64,000 bases of DNA from the NCBI GenBank assembly GCA_021777535.1, contig JAJYDN010000007.1, positions 18,291 through 82,290 on the forward strand, read 5' to 3'. The notes below the pieces were generated by a model, which ran no database searches, was not told the DNA's origin, and worked only from the letters and a program-made list of their open reading frames with translations. This stretch comes from Pseudomonadota bacterium. Lineage in GTDB: Bacteria > Pseudomonadota > Gammaproteobacteria > Acidiferrobacterales > Acidiferrobacteraceae. Below, one piece after another: positions 55,735 through 64,000 of this stretch. How positions within the stretch are numbered: position 1 is the first letter of the stretch; every line of letters starts with the position of its first letter. A program made the position numbers and the translations under genes.

Positions 55735-56535
55735 TTGGAGGAACATCTGGGCACCCTCAAGATAGCCAGCTGGAACGTGAATTCCCTGCGTGCGCGGTTG
55801 CCTGCGGTCATGGCATGGCTTGCGCGCGTCAACCCCGACATTCTGTGTGTACAGGAAACGAAGGTTCGGGACGAGGAGTTTCCGGTGCAGGTATTCCTCG
55901 ATGCCGGTTATCACGTGGCATTCGCCGGCGAACCGGGCTACAACGGGGTGGCGCTCATCGCCCGCCGCCCCTTGAGTGCTGTCGAAGCCGGGTTGCCGGG
56001 CTTTGAGGATACGCAAAAGCGGCTCATAGCGGCGACCTGCGCGGGAGTGCGCGTCATGAGTTGCTATGTGCCCAATGGCACCGCTGTCGATTCGCCGCGC
56101 TACGTCTACAAGCTCCGCTGGCTCGACGCGCTCGAGGCCCATCTCCAGCAGACGCTCGCGCGCCATCCGCGGCTTGTCGTTGGTGGAGACTTCAATATCG
56201 CGCCGACGGACCAGGATGTATACGATCCCGGTGCCTGGGAAGGCCAGGTGCTGGTCAGTCCGCGGGAACGCACAGCCTTTCAGGGCCTGCTCGCCGCGGG
56301 TCTTGTCGATGCATTCGCGCACGTGGGAGGCGATGCCTGCGGCTTTAGCTGGTGGGATTACCGTGCGATGGCCTTTGTGCGCAACCGCGGTCTGCGCATA
56401 GACCACCTTCTCGTGAGTCAGGCGCTGGCGGATTGCGCCCGCAGCTGCGCAGTCGACCGGGTGCCGCGGGGGGAGCCGCGGCCCTCCGACCATGCCCCCG
56501 TATGGCTTCAGCTCGAGGGCTGTGCCGGCGCCTGA
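55735..56535 (+). CDS. xthA: Exodeoxyribonuclease III
   Basis: Motifs LKIASWNVNSLRAR, QETK, GDFNIAP and SDHAPV. No ATG near the conserved N-terminus, so a TTG start at 55735 is assumed (CTG 55747 is an alternative). The track ORF begins at 55498. Confidence 0.85.
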   Translation: MEEHLGTLKIASWNVNSLRARLPAVMAWLARVNPDILCVQETKVRDEEFPVQVFLDAGYHVAFAGEPGYNGVALIARRPLSAVEAGLPGFEDTQKRLIAATCAGVRVMSCYVPNGTAVDSPRYVYKLRWLDALEAHLQQTLARHPRLVVGGDFNIAPTDQDVYDPGAWEGQVLVSPRERTAFQGLLAAGLVDAFAHVGGDACGFSWWDYRAMAFVRNRGLRIDHLLVSQALADCARSCAVDRVPRGEPRPSDHAPVWLQLEGCAGA

Positions 56536-56628
56536 TGCCAACGGCCCCGGAATCCGCCGGAGACCGTCGTACCGCCGTACGCTCCGCACGCGATCGCCCG
56601 CCAGGGTTCGCGCCCGGCGGGCAGAATC

Positions 56629-57447
56629 TCAGGTGCCCTGGAAGCCGATCATGTTGTCGAGCAGGTGTTCGGCCGGTACATAGTCGGCAGTGTGGCTGCG
56701 CACCAGCCGTTTGTGGCCGAGCGAGGCGCGCAGCTCAGCCGTGGCGGCCTGGCCGGCCGGGCTGGTCAAGGCGGCAATGACCTTGTCCTGAATCGCGCGC
56801 GGCATCTTGCTGCTCACCGAGAAGCCCTGGTTCGGGAGGGGTGCCACGCGATAAGCGATGGCGAGCGCGCCGGGATGCACCTTGTTGAAGCGCGTGAAGA
56901 GCTGCAACGGCACCATGACGGCGCGGCAGGTCCCCTTCAGGACATCGCTCACGGTGGATTTCAGGTTGTGGATGATGTGGAAGTAGGGCCGCCGGTCCGG
57001 ATTCGGAAACAGGCTCTCAAACACCAGGGTCGCGAGGTTTGGCGGCGAGAACGCGCATACGCTTTCACCCGCCAGCTGGTCGGGGTTGCTGAGCGCAGTT
57101 CCCCGCTTGACGACAAGGACGAGGCGCATCTTGCCGCTCAGGGCCGCTGCCGCCCGGTCCTGGAAGCGGGCGGCGCGCCAGCCGATGAAGGCGGGGCCAT
57201 CGAAATAGACGTCGGCGGTGTTCTTGCGGACTTCCTGCATGTACACCAGCCAATTGCGCGTGAACCGGAAGCGGAACGGGTGTCCCGTCACGCGGGTGAG
57301 CAACGCGGCGACCGGACCGAAGGCCGCTCTGGATTGCGCGTGCGTCATGCGGGGCGGAGCGGTGATCGTGTATGCGGCAGACGTTGCGGCCCACGCGGGG
57401 GTAAGCGATGCCGCCAGGGCAGCGGCAGCAAACCAGCGACGTATCAC
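56629..57447 (-). CDS. PhnD-like periplasmic substrate-binding protein, orphan copy 2
   Basis: GTG start behind an AAGGAGGA SD. Signal peptide IRRWFAAAALAASLTPAWA. Shares the motifs of the copy at 75-974. Confidence 0.55.
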   Translation of the reverse strand: MIRRWFAAAALAASLTPAWAATSAAYTITAPPRMTHAQSRAAFGPVAALLTRVTGHPFRFRFTRNWLVYMQEVRKNTADVYFDGPAFIGWRAARFQDRAAAALSGKMRLVLVVKRGTALSNPDQLAGESVCAFSPPNLATLVFESLFPNPDRRPYFHIIHNLKSTVSDVLKGTCRAVMVPLQLFTRFNKVHPGALAIAYRVAPLPNQGFSVSSKMPRAIQDKVIAALTSPAGQAATAELRASLGHKRLVRSHTADYVPAEHLLDNMIGFQGT

Positions 57448-57615
57448 GATGTCCTCCTTATGTTTGGTCTGAATCTCGAATCGCCAAAGGGACACTTCGG
57501 GGCTTTATTCCTTACAAGCCTAGATGGCCTCGCGAGATTTGCAATCTTCAGGGTGCATGTAATTGCCATCATACCAGCAGGGTCCTGGGATCACCTACCG
57601 CCCGCTGCTTGCACC

Positions 57616-57645
57616 TTGGCGTTTTCTTCCGGGCGCTGTTATAGT
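57616..57645 (+). promoter_or_regulatory. Candidate sigma-70 promoter of the gcv operon
   Basis: TTGGCG (57616-57621), 18 nt spacer, TATAGT (57640-57645), just upstream of the riboswitch. Confidence 0.35.
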
Positions 57646-57662
57646 GCCCGCACGACAGACAT

Positions 57663-57817
57663 CCTGCGGAAGAGACCCCGGATCCACTTGGGGCGCCAAC
57701 GGCGCAACTGCCCGGAAACGCACCGGCAAAAGGACCGCAGGGCGATGGTCGACTCTGGAGAGAGGCTGCATCGACAGCCCACCGAAGGGGCTCAAGCTCT
57801 CAGGTTGCCGGACAGAG
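57663..57817 (+). promoter_or_regulatory. Tandem glycine riboswitch (two aptamers)
   Basis: Aptamer 1: P1 cctgcgg/ccgcagg, GGAAGAG, CGCCAACGGCGCAA, GGCAAAAGGAC. Aptamer 2: P1 ctctg/cagag, CTCTGGAGAG, CCCACCGAAGGGGC, CTCTCAGG...GGACAGAG. Located directly upstream of gcvT. Confidence 0.8.
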
Positions 57818-57881
57818 GGGTTCTGCAACGAACGCGCGGATATACCGCTTTCCGCGGTTCTCTCCCTTGGGGTCGCCAGAG

Positions 57882-58976
57882 ATGGGACGTAGAACGCCGT
57901 TATATGAACAACACCTTCGTGCGGGCGCGAAGATGGTGGATTTCGGGGGCTGGGACATGCCTCTCCACTATGGCTCGCAGCTCGCCGAGCATCACAAGGT
58001 GCGCCAAAGTGCGGGAATCTTCGATGTCTCGCATATGCGCACCGTCGAAATCAAGGGCGCGGGCGCGCGCCCATTCCTCCGATATCTCCTCGCCAACGAC
58101 GTCGGCAAACTGAAGCTTCCCGGCAAGGCGCTGTATGGTTGCCTGCTGAACGCGGAGGGCGGGGTTCTCGACGACCTGATCGTGTATTTCCTTGCAGACG
58201 ACTGGTTTCGTCTCGTCGTCAACGCAGGTCCGGGCGAGCAGGACATTGCCTGGCTGCACCGGCACGCCGCCCCATTCGGGGTCGATGTCGTTCCGCAGCC
58301 TGAGTTCGCCATGCTGGCGATCCAGGGTCCCGAGGCGTTTGCCCGCGCAGAGACAGTCCTTGGCAGGCAGACACTGGCAACGCTTACCGGGCTAAAGCCC
58401 TTCCAGGCGGTTTTTGCAGGCGAGCTCTTCCTTGCGCGCACCGGATACACGGGCGAGGAAGGCTTCGAGGTCATCGCCGCCGCCGACCGGGCGGTTTCCT
58501 TGTGGGAACGGTTGGTGGCCGCAGGGGTGGCGCCCGTTGGGCTGGGTGCGCGCGATACACTGCGGCTTGAGGCGGGCATGAACCTCTACGGACACGACAT
58601 GGATGCCACGGTCACGCCCTGGGAATCTGGTCTTGGCTGGACGGTGGCTCTGGGCGAAGGCCGTGATTTCATCGGGCGGGCGGCGCTGGAGCGGGCGCTC
58701 ACGGCCGGTATTGCCCGCAAGCTGGTGGGCCTCCTGCTGCTGGGTCCCGGTGTACTGCGCAGCGGTCAGCGCGTGCGCTGTGCGTCCGGGGAGGGCGTAC
58801 TGACCAGCGGTTCGTTTTCACCCACGCTGGAACGCGGTATCGCGCTTGCCCGTGTTCCGGCAGCCGTCGCCGTTGATGAAGAGTGCGAAGTCGAGCTGCG
58901 GCCCGGGCGGCCGGCGCCCTCGCGTGTCGTCTCCGTACCTTTCGTGCGCAACGGGCGCATCCTTGTCGATCTTTGA
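57882..58976 (+). CDS. gcvT: Glycine cleavage system T protein (aminomethyltransferase)
   Basis: MGRRTPLYEQHLRAGAKMVDFGGWDMPLHYGS, GYTGEEGFE. Confidence 0.95.
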   Translation: MGRRTPLYEQHLRAGAKMVDFGGWDMPLHYGSQLAEHHKVRQSAGIFDVSHMRTVEIKGAGARPFLRYLLANDVGKLKLPGKALYGCLLNAEGGVLDDLIVYFLADDWFRLVVNAGPGEQDIAWLHRHAAPFGVDVVPQPEFAMLAIQGPEAFARAETVLGRQTLATLTGLKPFQAVFAGELFLARTGYTGEEGFEVIAAADRAVSLWERLVAAGVAPVGLGARDTLRLEAGMNLYGHDMDATVTPWESGLGWTVALGEGRDFIGRAALERALTAGIARKLVGLLLLGPGVLRSGQRVRCASGEGVLTSGSFSPTLERGIALARVPAAVAVDEECEVELRPGRPAPSRVVSVPFVRNGRILVDL

Positions 58977-58990
58977 ATCCGGAGTCCTCC

Positions 58991-59380
58991 ATGAGCCAGG
59001 TACCATCCAATCTGCGTTACACAAAAAGCCACGAGTGGGTTCGCGACGATCAGGGCGTGCTGACGGTGGGGATCACCGACCATGCCCAGGATCTGATGGG
59101 CGATATGGTGTTCATCGATCTGCCCAAGGTCGGGACTGCGGTGGTGGCCGGCAAAGAGTGCGCCGCCGTGGAGTCCGTGAAGGCTGCTTCCGACGTGTAT
59201 GCGCCGCTTGACGGCGAAGTGACCGAGGTGAACGGGAATCTGGCTGGCGGTCCGGAGGCCATCAACCGTGATCCCTATGGAGCCGGCTGGCTGTTCAAGA
59301 TGAAGCCGGCAAAGCCCGGTGCCGCCGCGGGCCTGATGGACGCCCGGGCTTACGAAGACCTCCTCGCCGCAGAAGGCTAG
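58991..59380 (+). CDS. gcvH: Glycine cleavage system H protein
   Basis: [10 protein letters not shown], with the lipoyl-Lys motif [14 protein letters not shown]. Confidence 0.95.
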   Translation: MSQVPSNLRYTKSHEWVRDDQGVLTVGITDHAQDLMGDMVFIDLPKVGTAVVAGKECAAVESVKAASDVYAPLDGEVTEVNGNLAGGPEAINRDPYGAGWLFKMKPAKPGAAAGLMDARAYEDLLAAEG

Positions 59381-59387
59381 ACGCATC

Positions 59388-60773
59388 ATGCCATTCATTC
59401 CCCATACGAAGGCCGACGTCGAGCGGATGCTCGCAACGATCGGCGTCGACAGCGTCGAGAAGCTGTTTGAGGAAATTCCCCAGTCGCTGCGTTCGGCGCC
59501 GCTTGCCGGCGTGCCCGATGCGCTCAATGAGCAGCAGGTTTTGCGTCTCATGCGCGAACGGGCGGAACAAGACGGGCGGTTTTTGAATTTCCTTGGCGCC
59601 GGCGCGTACGAGCACCATATTCCGGCGGCGGTCTGGGAGCTCACGACCCGCGGTGAATTCTATACGGCCTATACGCCCTACCAGCCCGAGGCGAGCCAGG
59701 GCACCTTGCAGATGCTGTATGAATTCCAGTCGATGATCGCAAGCCTCACCGGCATGGAGGTCGCCAATGCGAGCCTCTATGACGGGGCGTCCGGGCTTGC
59801 CGAGGCCATTCTCATGGCCGTGCGTCTGCACGGGGGTTCGCGGCGGATCGTGCTGCCGGAGACCGTGCATCCGGTCTACAGAAAGGTGGTGCACACCATC
59901 GTACGGGCCCAGTCGATCGAGCTCGACGTGGTCCCGAGTGGTGACGACGGTGTCGTGGATCCAGCCGAGGTCGCCGCCCGGATGAGGGGGGCTGCGGCCC
60001 TCGTCATTCCGATGCCGAACTTTTTCGGGCGTCTCGAAGCGCTGGGCGAACTCGCAACCGTGGCGAAGGAGGCGGGCGCGCTGTCCATCGGGCTCGTCAA
60101 TCCGGTCGCCTGCGCGTGGCTTGCCCCGCCCGGCGAATGGGGACCGGGGTGCGACATCGCCGTCGGTGAAGGGCAGCCGCTGGGGGCGCCGCTGTCTTCC
60201 GGCGGTCCGTACTTCGGTTTCCTCGCAGCCCGGCAGGCGCATGTGCGCCAAATGCCGGGACGCATCGTCGGGCGGACGGTCGATATCGATGGCAAGGAAG
60301 CCTTTACGCTGACCCTGCAGGCGCGGGAACAGCACATCCGCCGTTCAAAGGCGACCTCGAACATCTGCACGAACCAGGGCCTTCTGGTCACTGCGGCGAC
60401 CATCCATATGGCACTTCTCGGGCCCGCCGGCCTGCGCGGGGTCGCCATGGCAAGTCATGCCAATACCGCAAGGCTCGTGGCGCGCCTTACCCGGATTCCG
60501 GGCGTACGCAACGCGTTCCCGGGTGCGCCGATCTTTCATGAGGCTTTGCTGCGCCTCGATGTGCCGGTGGGCGATGTCCTGCGGGCGCTCGAGGCGCAAG
60601 GCATTCTGGGCGGGTACGCCGTGGGTGAGCATTATCCGCGGTGGGCCGACGGCTTGCTGGTGTGCGCGACAGAGGCGAAAACGGATGCCGACATCGAGCT
60701 CTTTGCCACCCATCTCGAGCGCATCGTCAGCAAGCGGCGTCTGGATCCGCCATGCGCCTACAAAGATTCGTAA
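59388..60773 (+). CDS. gcvPA: Glycine dehydrogenase (decarboxylating) subunit 1
   Basis: MPFIPHT..., [14 protein letters not shown]. 461 aa, the N-terminal half of a split P protein. Confidence 0.9.
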   Translation: MPFIPHTKADVERMLATIGVDSVEKLFEEIPQSLRSAPLAGVPDALNEQQVLRLMRERAEQDGRFLNFLGAGAYEHHIPAAVWELTTRGEFYTAYTPYQPEASQGTLQMLYEFQSMIASLTGMEVANASLYDGASGLAEAILMAVRLHGGSRRIVLPETVHPVYRKVVHTIVRAQSIELDVVPSGDDGVVDPAEVAARMRGAAALVIPMPNFFGRLEALGELATVAKEAGALSIGLVNPVACAWLAPPGEWGPGCDIAVGEGQPLGAPLSSGGPYFGFLAARQAHVRQMPGRIVGRTVDIDGKEAFTLTLQAREQHIRRSKATSNICTNQGLLVTAATIHMALLGPAGLRGVAMASHANTARLVARLTRIPGVRNAFPGAPIFHEALLRLDVPVGDVLRALEAQGILGGYAVGEHYPRWADGLLVCATEAKTDADIELFATHLERIVSKRRLDPPCAYKDS

Positions 60774-60790
60774 CCACAGGAGACAGCGAA

Positions 60791-61291
60791 ATGGCCAGCA
60801 TAACCCTGAAGGGTGCCCCTATTCACACCTCCGGTGATCTGCCCAGGGTGGGAACGAAAGCCCCCGCGTTTACCTTGGTCGATGGCAAGCTCAACGACGT
60901 GCGGCTCGATAGCTTCAAGGGCAAGAAAAAAATCATCAGCATCGTGCCGAGCCTCGATACGCCTGTCTGCGCATTGAGCACCAAGCGTTTCGACGAGTAC
61001 GCGCAGAAAGATCCCGGCACGGTCGTACTGATCGTGTCGGCCGATCTGCCATTTGCGCAGGGCCGCTTCTGCGAGTCGGCGAAGACCACCCATGTGGTGA
61101 GCCTCTCGATGATGCGCAACCGGCACTTCGCGACCGATTACGGTGTACTGATCCAGGACGGACCGCTCGCCGGCATCACGGCGCGCGCGGTCGTCGTTCT
61201 CGATGCGGACGACCGGGTGCTCTATGGCGAGCTCGTGCCCGAAATCGGCCAGGAACCCAACTACCAGGCAGCCATCGCCGCCCTCCAGTGA
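60791..61291 (+). CDS. tpx: Thiol peroxidase (atypical 2-Cys peroxiredoxin Tpx)
   Basis: Contains [15 protein letters not shown]; the peroxidatic Cys in PSLDTPVCA; the resolving Cys in GRFCES. Confidence 0.9.
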   Translation: MASITLKGAPIHTSGDLPRVGTKAPAFTLVDGKLNDVRLDSFKGKKKIISIVPSLDTPVCALSTKRFDEYAQKDPGTVVLIVSADLPFAQGRFCESAKTTHVVSLSMMRNRHFATDYGVLIQDGPLAGITARAVVVLDADDRVLYGELVPEIGQEPNYQAAIAALQ

Positions 61292-61297
61292 GACCGC

Positions 61298-62749
61298 ATG
61301 CTGATCTTTGAACATTCAGAGCCCGGACGCATCAACGCAGCCCAGGTGCCGGCCGTCGGCGCCTGCGCGGCCGACGTGCCGGAAGCCTTCCTGCGCCGTA
61401 AACCCCTGCTGCTGCCCGAGGTGTCGGAACTGCAGGCAGTCCGCCATTACACGCGGTTAAGCCAGCGCAATTTCGCCATCGATACGCATTTTTACCCGCT
61501 GGGCTCGTGCACGATGAAGTACAACCCGCGCGCGTCCAACGCAGCGGCCATGCTGCCGGGGTTCCTTGCGCGCCATCCGCTTTCGCCGGAGAGCACGGGA
61601 CAGGGCTTTCTCGCCTGTCTGTTCGAACTGCAGGAGATCCTGAAGGACGTGACCGGCATGAAAGGCGTCTCGCTCACACCCATGGCGGGCGCCCAGGGGG
61701 AGTTCGCCGGTGTCGCCATGATCCGCGCTTATCACGAGGCACGCGGCGACAATGCGCGCACCGAGATCCTGATACCGCGCGCAGCGCATGGCACCAATCC
61801 GGCAACGGCGGTGATGTGCGGCTACACCGTCCGCGAGATCGATGTCGATGCGGACGGCGATGTCGACGTCGAGGCCTTGAAAAAGGCAGTGGGTCCCCAG
61901 ACGGCCGGCCTCATGCTCACCAATCCGTCGACGCTTGGCGTGTTCGACCGCCATATCGAGGAAGTGGCGCGTCTCGTCCATGGCGCAGGCGGCCTGCTGT
62001 ACTACGACGGCGCCAACCTGAACGCCATTCTGGGCAGGGTAAAACCCGGCGACATGGGTTTCGATGTCATCCACCTGAATCTCCACAAGACCTTCTCGAC
62101 GCCCCACGGCGGGGGTGGTCCGGGTGCCGGCCCGGTCGGCGTGGGCGAGCGCCTGCTGCCGTTCCTGCCGGTGCCGTTTGTCGGCGAACGCAACGGCCAG
62201 TATCACTGGATCACGGAGAAATTGCGGCCGCAGTCCATCGGCCGCCTGTCTGCGCACATGGGCAATGCGGGCGTTCTCCTGCGCGCCTATGTGTATGCGC
62301 GGCTGCTTGGGCGCAAGGGCATGTCGCGGGTTGCCGACTACGCCGTCCTGAACGCCAATTATCTGTTCGAGCGGCTCACCGCGCTCGGCTATGCGGCCGC
62401 CTATCCGGGCCGCCGCGCCACGCACGAGTTCCTCCTTACGCTGAAGGATCTGAAGGAGAAGACGACGGTTACAGCCACCGACGTGGCCAAGCGTCTCCTC
62501 GACAAGGGCTTTCATGCGCCGACGGTCTATTTTCCGCTCATGGTCCCGGAGTGCCTGCTGATCGAGCCGACCGAGACGGAAAGCCTGGACGATCTGGATG
62601 CGTTCGTCGGGGCGATGGCCGAGATCTGGTCGGATGCGCACACGGCGGTCGACGTCCTGAAAAATGCACCCCAGAAGCTGCCGGTACGGCGCGTGGATGA
62701 GGTGCGGGCGGCGCGCGATCTGGATCTGGTGTGGCGCCAGGCCCGATGA
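61298..62749 (+). CDS. gcvPB: Glycine dehydrogenase (decarboxylating) subunit 2
   Basis: MLIFEHSEPGR, with the PLP lysine in HLNLHKTFSTPHGGGGPG. Confidence 0.9.
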   Translation: MLIFEHSEPGRINAAQVPAVGACAADVPEAFLRRKPLLLPEVSELQAVRHYTRLSQRNFAIDTHFYPLGSCTMKYNPRASNAAAMLPGFLARHPLSPESTGQGFLACLFELQEILKDVTGMKGVSLTPMAGAQGEFAGVAMIRAYHEARGDNARTEILIPRAAHGTNPATAVMCGYTVREIDVDADGDVDVEALKKAVGPQTAGLMLTNPSTLGVFDRHIEEVARLVHGAGGLLYYDGANLNAILGRVKPGDMGFDVIHLNLHKTFSTPHGGGGPGAGPVGVGERLLPFLPVPFVGERNGQYHWITEKLRPQSIGRLSAHMGNAGVLLRAYVYARLLGRKGMSRVADYAVLNANYLFERLTALGYAAAYPGRRATHEFLLTLKDLKEKTTVTATDVAKRLLDKGFHAPTVYFPLMVPECLLIEPTETESLDDLDAFVGAMAEIWSDAHTAVDVLKNAPQKLPVRRVDEVRAARDLDLVWRQAR

Positions 62750-62785
62750 TCTCCGTCGCGCCATCTATCGCAAAAACATCCCATT

Positions 62786-62860
62786 AGGTCTGCCAAGGGT
62801 TCCCCCCGGCCACCCGGACATTTACTCTCTCGTCTGGGAATGGCCGGAACCGGCAGACCT
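62786..62860 (+). other. 75-nt extended imperfect hairpin between gcvPB and the kinase gene (possible terminator or leader structure)
   Basis: Three stacked helices: aggtctgcc/ggcagacct (62786-94 / 62852-60), ccggcca/tggccgg (62806-12 / 62841-47) and cccgga/tctggg (62813-18 / 62833-38). Followed by ctctttc. Confidence 0.45.
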
Positions 62861-62881
62861 CTCTTTCGGAGGTTGTGTTCA

Positions 62882-63814
62882 GTGTCGATACTCGTTTGCG
62901 GCTCATTTGCGTTTGATACGATCATGGTGTTCCCGGACAGGTTCCGCAACCATATCCTGCCGGACAAGATCCATATGCTGAATGTCTCGTTCATGGTACC
63001 GGCCATGCGCCGCGAGTTCGGGGGCTGCGCAGGGAACATCGCCTTCAATCTGGCCGGCATCGGCGCCGATGTCGTGCCGATGGGTACGGTGGGCGAAGAT
63101 TTCGCGCCCTACGCGCAATGGATGGACGAATGTGGCATTCCCCGCAGCCATGTGACGGTGGTGCCAGGCGCCTACACGGCGCAGGCGTTCATCACCACGG
63201 ACGTCGACGATAACCAGATCACGGCGTTCCATCCGGGGGCGATGTCGGAATCCCACCGGAACAAGGTGGCCGATACGCGGGGCGTGACGCTTGGCATCGT
63301 GTCGCCGGATGGCCGTGCCGGCATGATCCAGCATGCGAAAGAGTTTGCCGAGGCCGGTATCCCGTTTGTGTTCGACCCGGGCCAGGGCCTGCCGATGTTT
63401 ACGAGCGCCGAACTGGTCGCCTTCATGGAGGAGGCCAGTTACGTCTGCGTAAACGACTATGAGGCGCAGCTTCTGATGAGCAAGACCGGCCTTGGGGTCA
63501 AGGATATCGCATCCTGCGCGCGGGCCTTCATCGTCACGCGGGGCGCGGATGGATCGCAGATCCATGTCGACGGCAAGGTCCACGAGGTGCCGGTGGTCAA
63601 GGCCCGGCGCGTCGTCGATCCTACTGGTTGCGGTGACGCGTACCGCGCAGGTCTGCTCTTTGGCTTGAGTCAGGCCTTCGACTGGGAAACCTGCGGCCGC
63701 ATCGCGGCGCTTCTGGGCGCCATGAAGATCGAGCAGGCCGGGACACAAAACCACGCCCTCGAGCCCGAGCAATTTGGCGAGCGCTTCAGGGAGACCTTCG
63801 GTTATCGCTACTGA
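62882..63814 (+). CDS. PfkB-family carbohydrate/nucleoside kinase
   Basis: SILVCGSFAFDTIMVF, REFGGCAGNIAFNL and signature DPTGCGDAYRAG. GTG start behind a GGAGG SD; the track ORF starts at 62840. Confidence 0.8.
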   Translation: MSILVCGSFAFDTIMVFPDRFRNHILPDKIHMLNVSFMVPAMRREFGGCAGNIAFNLAGIGADVVPMGTVGEDFAPYAQWMDECGIPRSHVTVVPGAYTAQAFITTDVDDNQITAFHPGAMSESHRNKVADTRGVTLGIVSPDGRAGMIQHAKEFAEAGIPFVFDPGQGLPMFTSAELVAFMEEASYVCVNDYEAQLLMSKTGLGVKDIASCARAFIVTRGADGSQIHVDGKVHEVPVVKARRVVDPTGCGDAYRAGLLFGLSQAFDWETCGRIAALLGAMKIEQAGTQNHALEPEQFGERFRETFGYRY

Positions 63815-63828
63815 GAAGGAAAGAACAG

Positions 63829-64000
63829 ATGCTTCTGGAATCGGCTTACAGGCTTTTGCAATCGGTACCGGCGATTTTTTATGCCATCACGACGGGTTCC
63901 ACCATCACCCTGGCCGGTCTCTATATGCAAAACCGGAGCGAATCCGAGCGCAACACGGAGCGGCTGCGTCACGATGCCCTGATGCGTGACCGCGAGCGCG
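63829..64000 (+). CDS. Partial ORF (5' end only): predicted membrane-anchored protein, function unknown
   Basis: ATG 63829 behind GAAGGAAAG. It stays open to the window edge: MLLESAYRLLQSVPAIFYAITTGSTITLAGLYMQNRSESERNTERL... Confidence 0.35.
   Translation, partial: MLLESAYRLLQSVPAIFYAITTGSTITLAGLYMQNRSESERNTERLRHDALMRDRER

Noticed and set aside
57552-57570. Sigma-54 promoter for the minus-strand SBP gene (TGGCAattacaTGCA)
   Set aside because: The GG-to-GC spacing is 9 nt rather than 10, and the -12 element lacks the TTGC context.

Overview
GC-rich (roughly 65%) core chromosome of a proteobacterium, probably a gammaproteobacterium. As far as I recall, gene order follows Pseudomonas aeruginosa (ponA | pilMNOPQ-aroK-aroB ... 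gltBD-hemE; argS-SPOR; rph | yicC-gmk-rpoZ-spoT-ridA ... recG). About 50 genes were called by motif recognition only, with no database search. They include an intein-containing class I ribonucleotide reductase alpha subunit, a speH-pdaD-speE polyamine operon, argS, PBP1A, the type IV pilus pilMNOPQ operon, shikimate genes, glutamate synthase, hemE, priA and two divergent beta-barrel porins. Further along are an OMF / mini-adaptor / RND efflux operon, hemJ-hemW-rdgB-rph, a Ser/Thr kinase-PP2C pair, recG, ubiA, prlC, xthA and a glycine-riboswitch-controlled gcvT-gcvH-gcvPA-tpx-gcvPB cluster. No rRNA, tRNA or CRISPR array was seen, and I found no clear novel multigene system. The observations most worth a second look are: (1) an RND operon whose periplasmic adaptor is only a 127-aa lipoprotein; (2) an intein placed right after the thiyl-radical Cys of NrdA, with a non-canonical Lys-Asn C-terminus; (3) a decayed, internally deleted IS relic with inverted repeats between aroB and gltB; (4) a DnaA-box cluster in the AT-rich hemE-priA spacer; (5) a near-consensus sigma-54 promoter in front of a porin. 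Many long ORFs in the track are GC-rich antisense artefacts. Start codons are often ambiguous, and coordinates give my preferred start.
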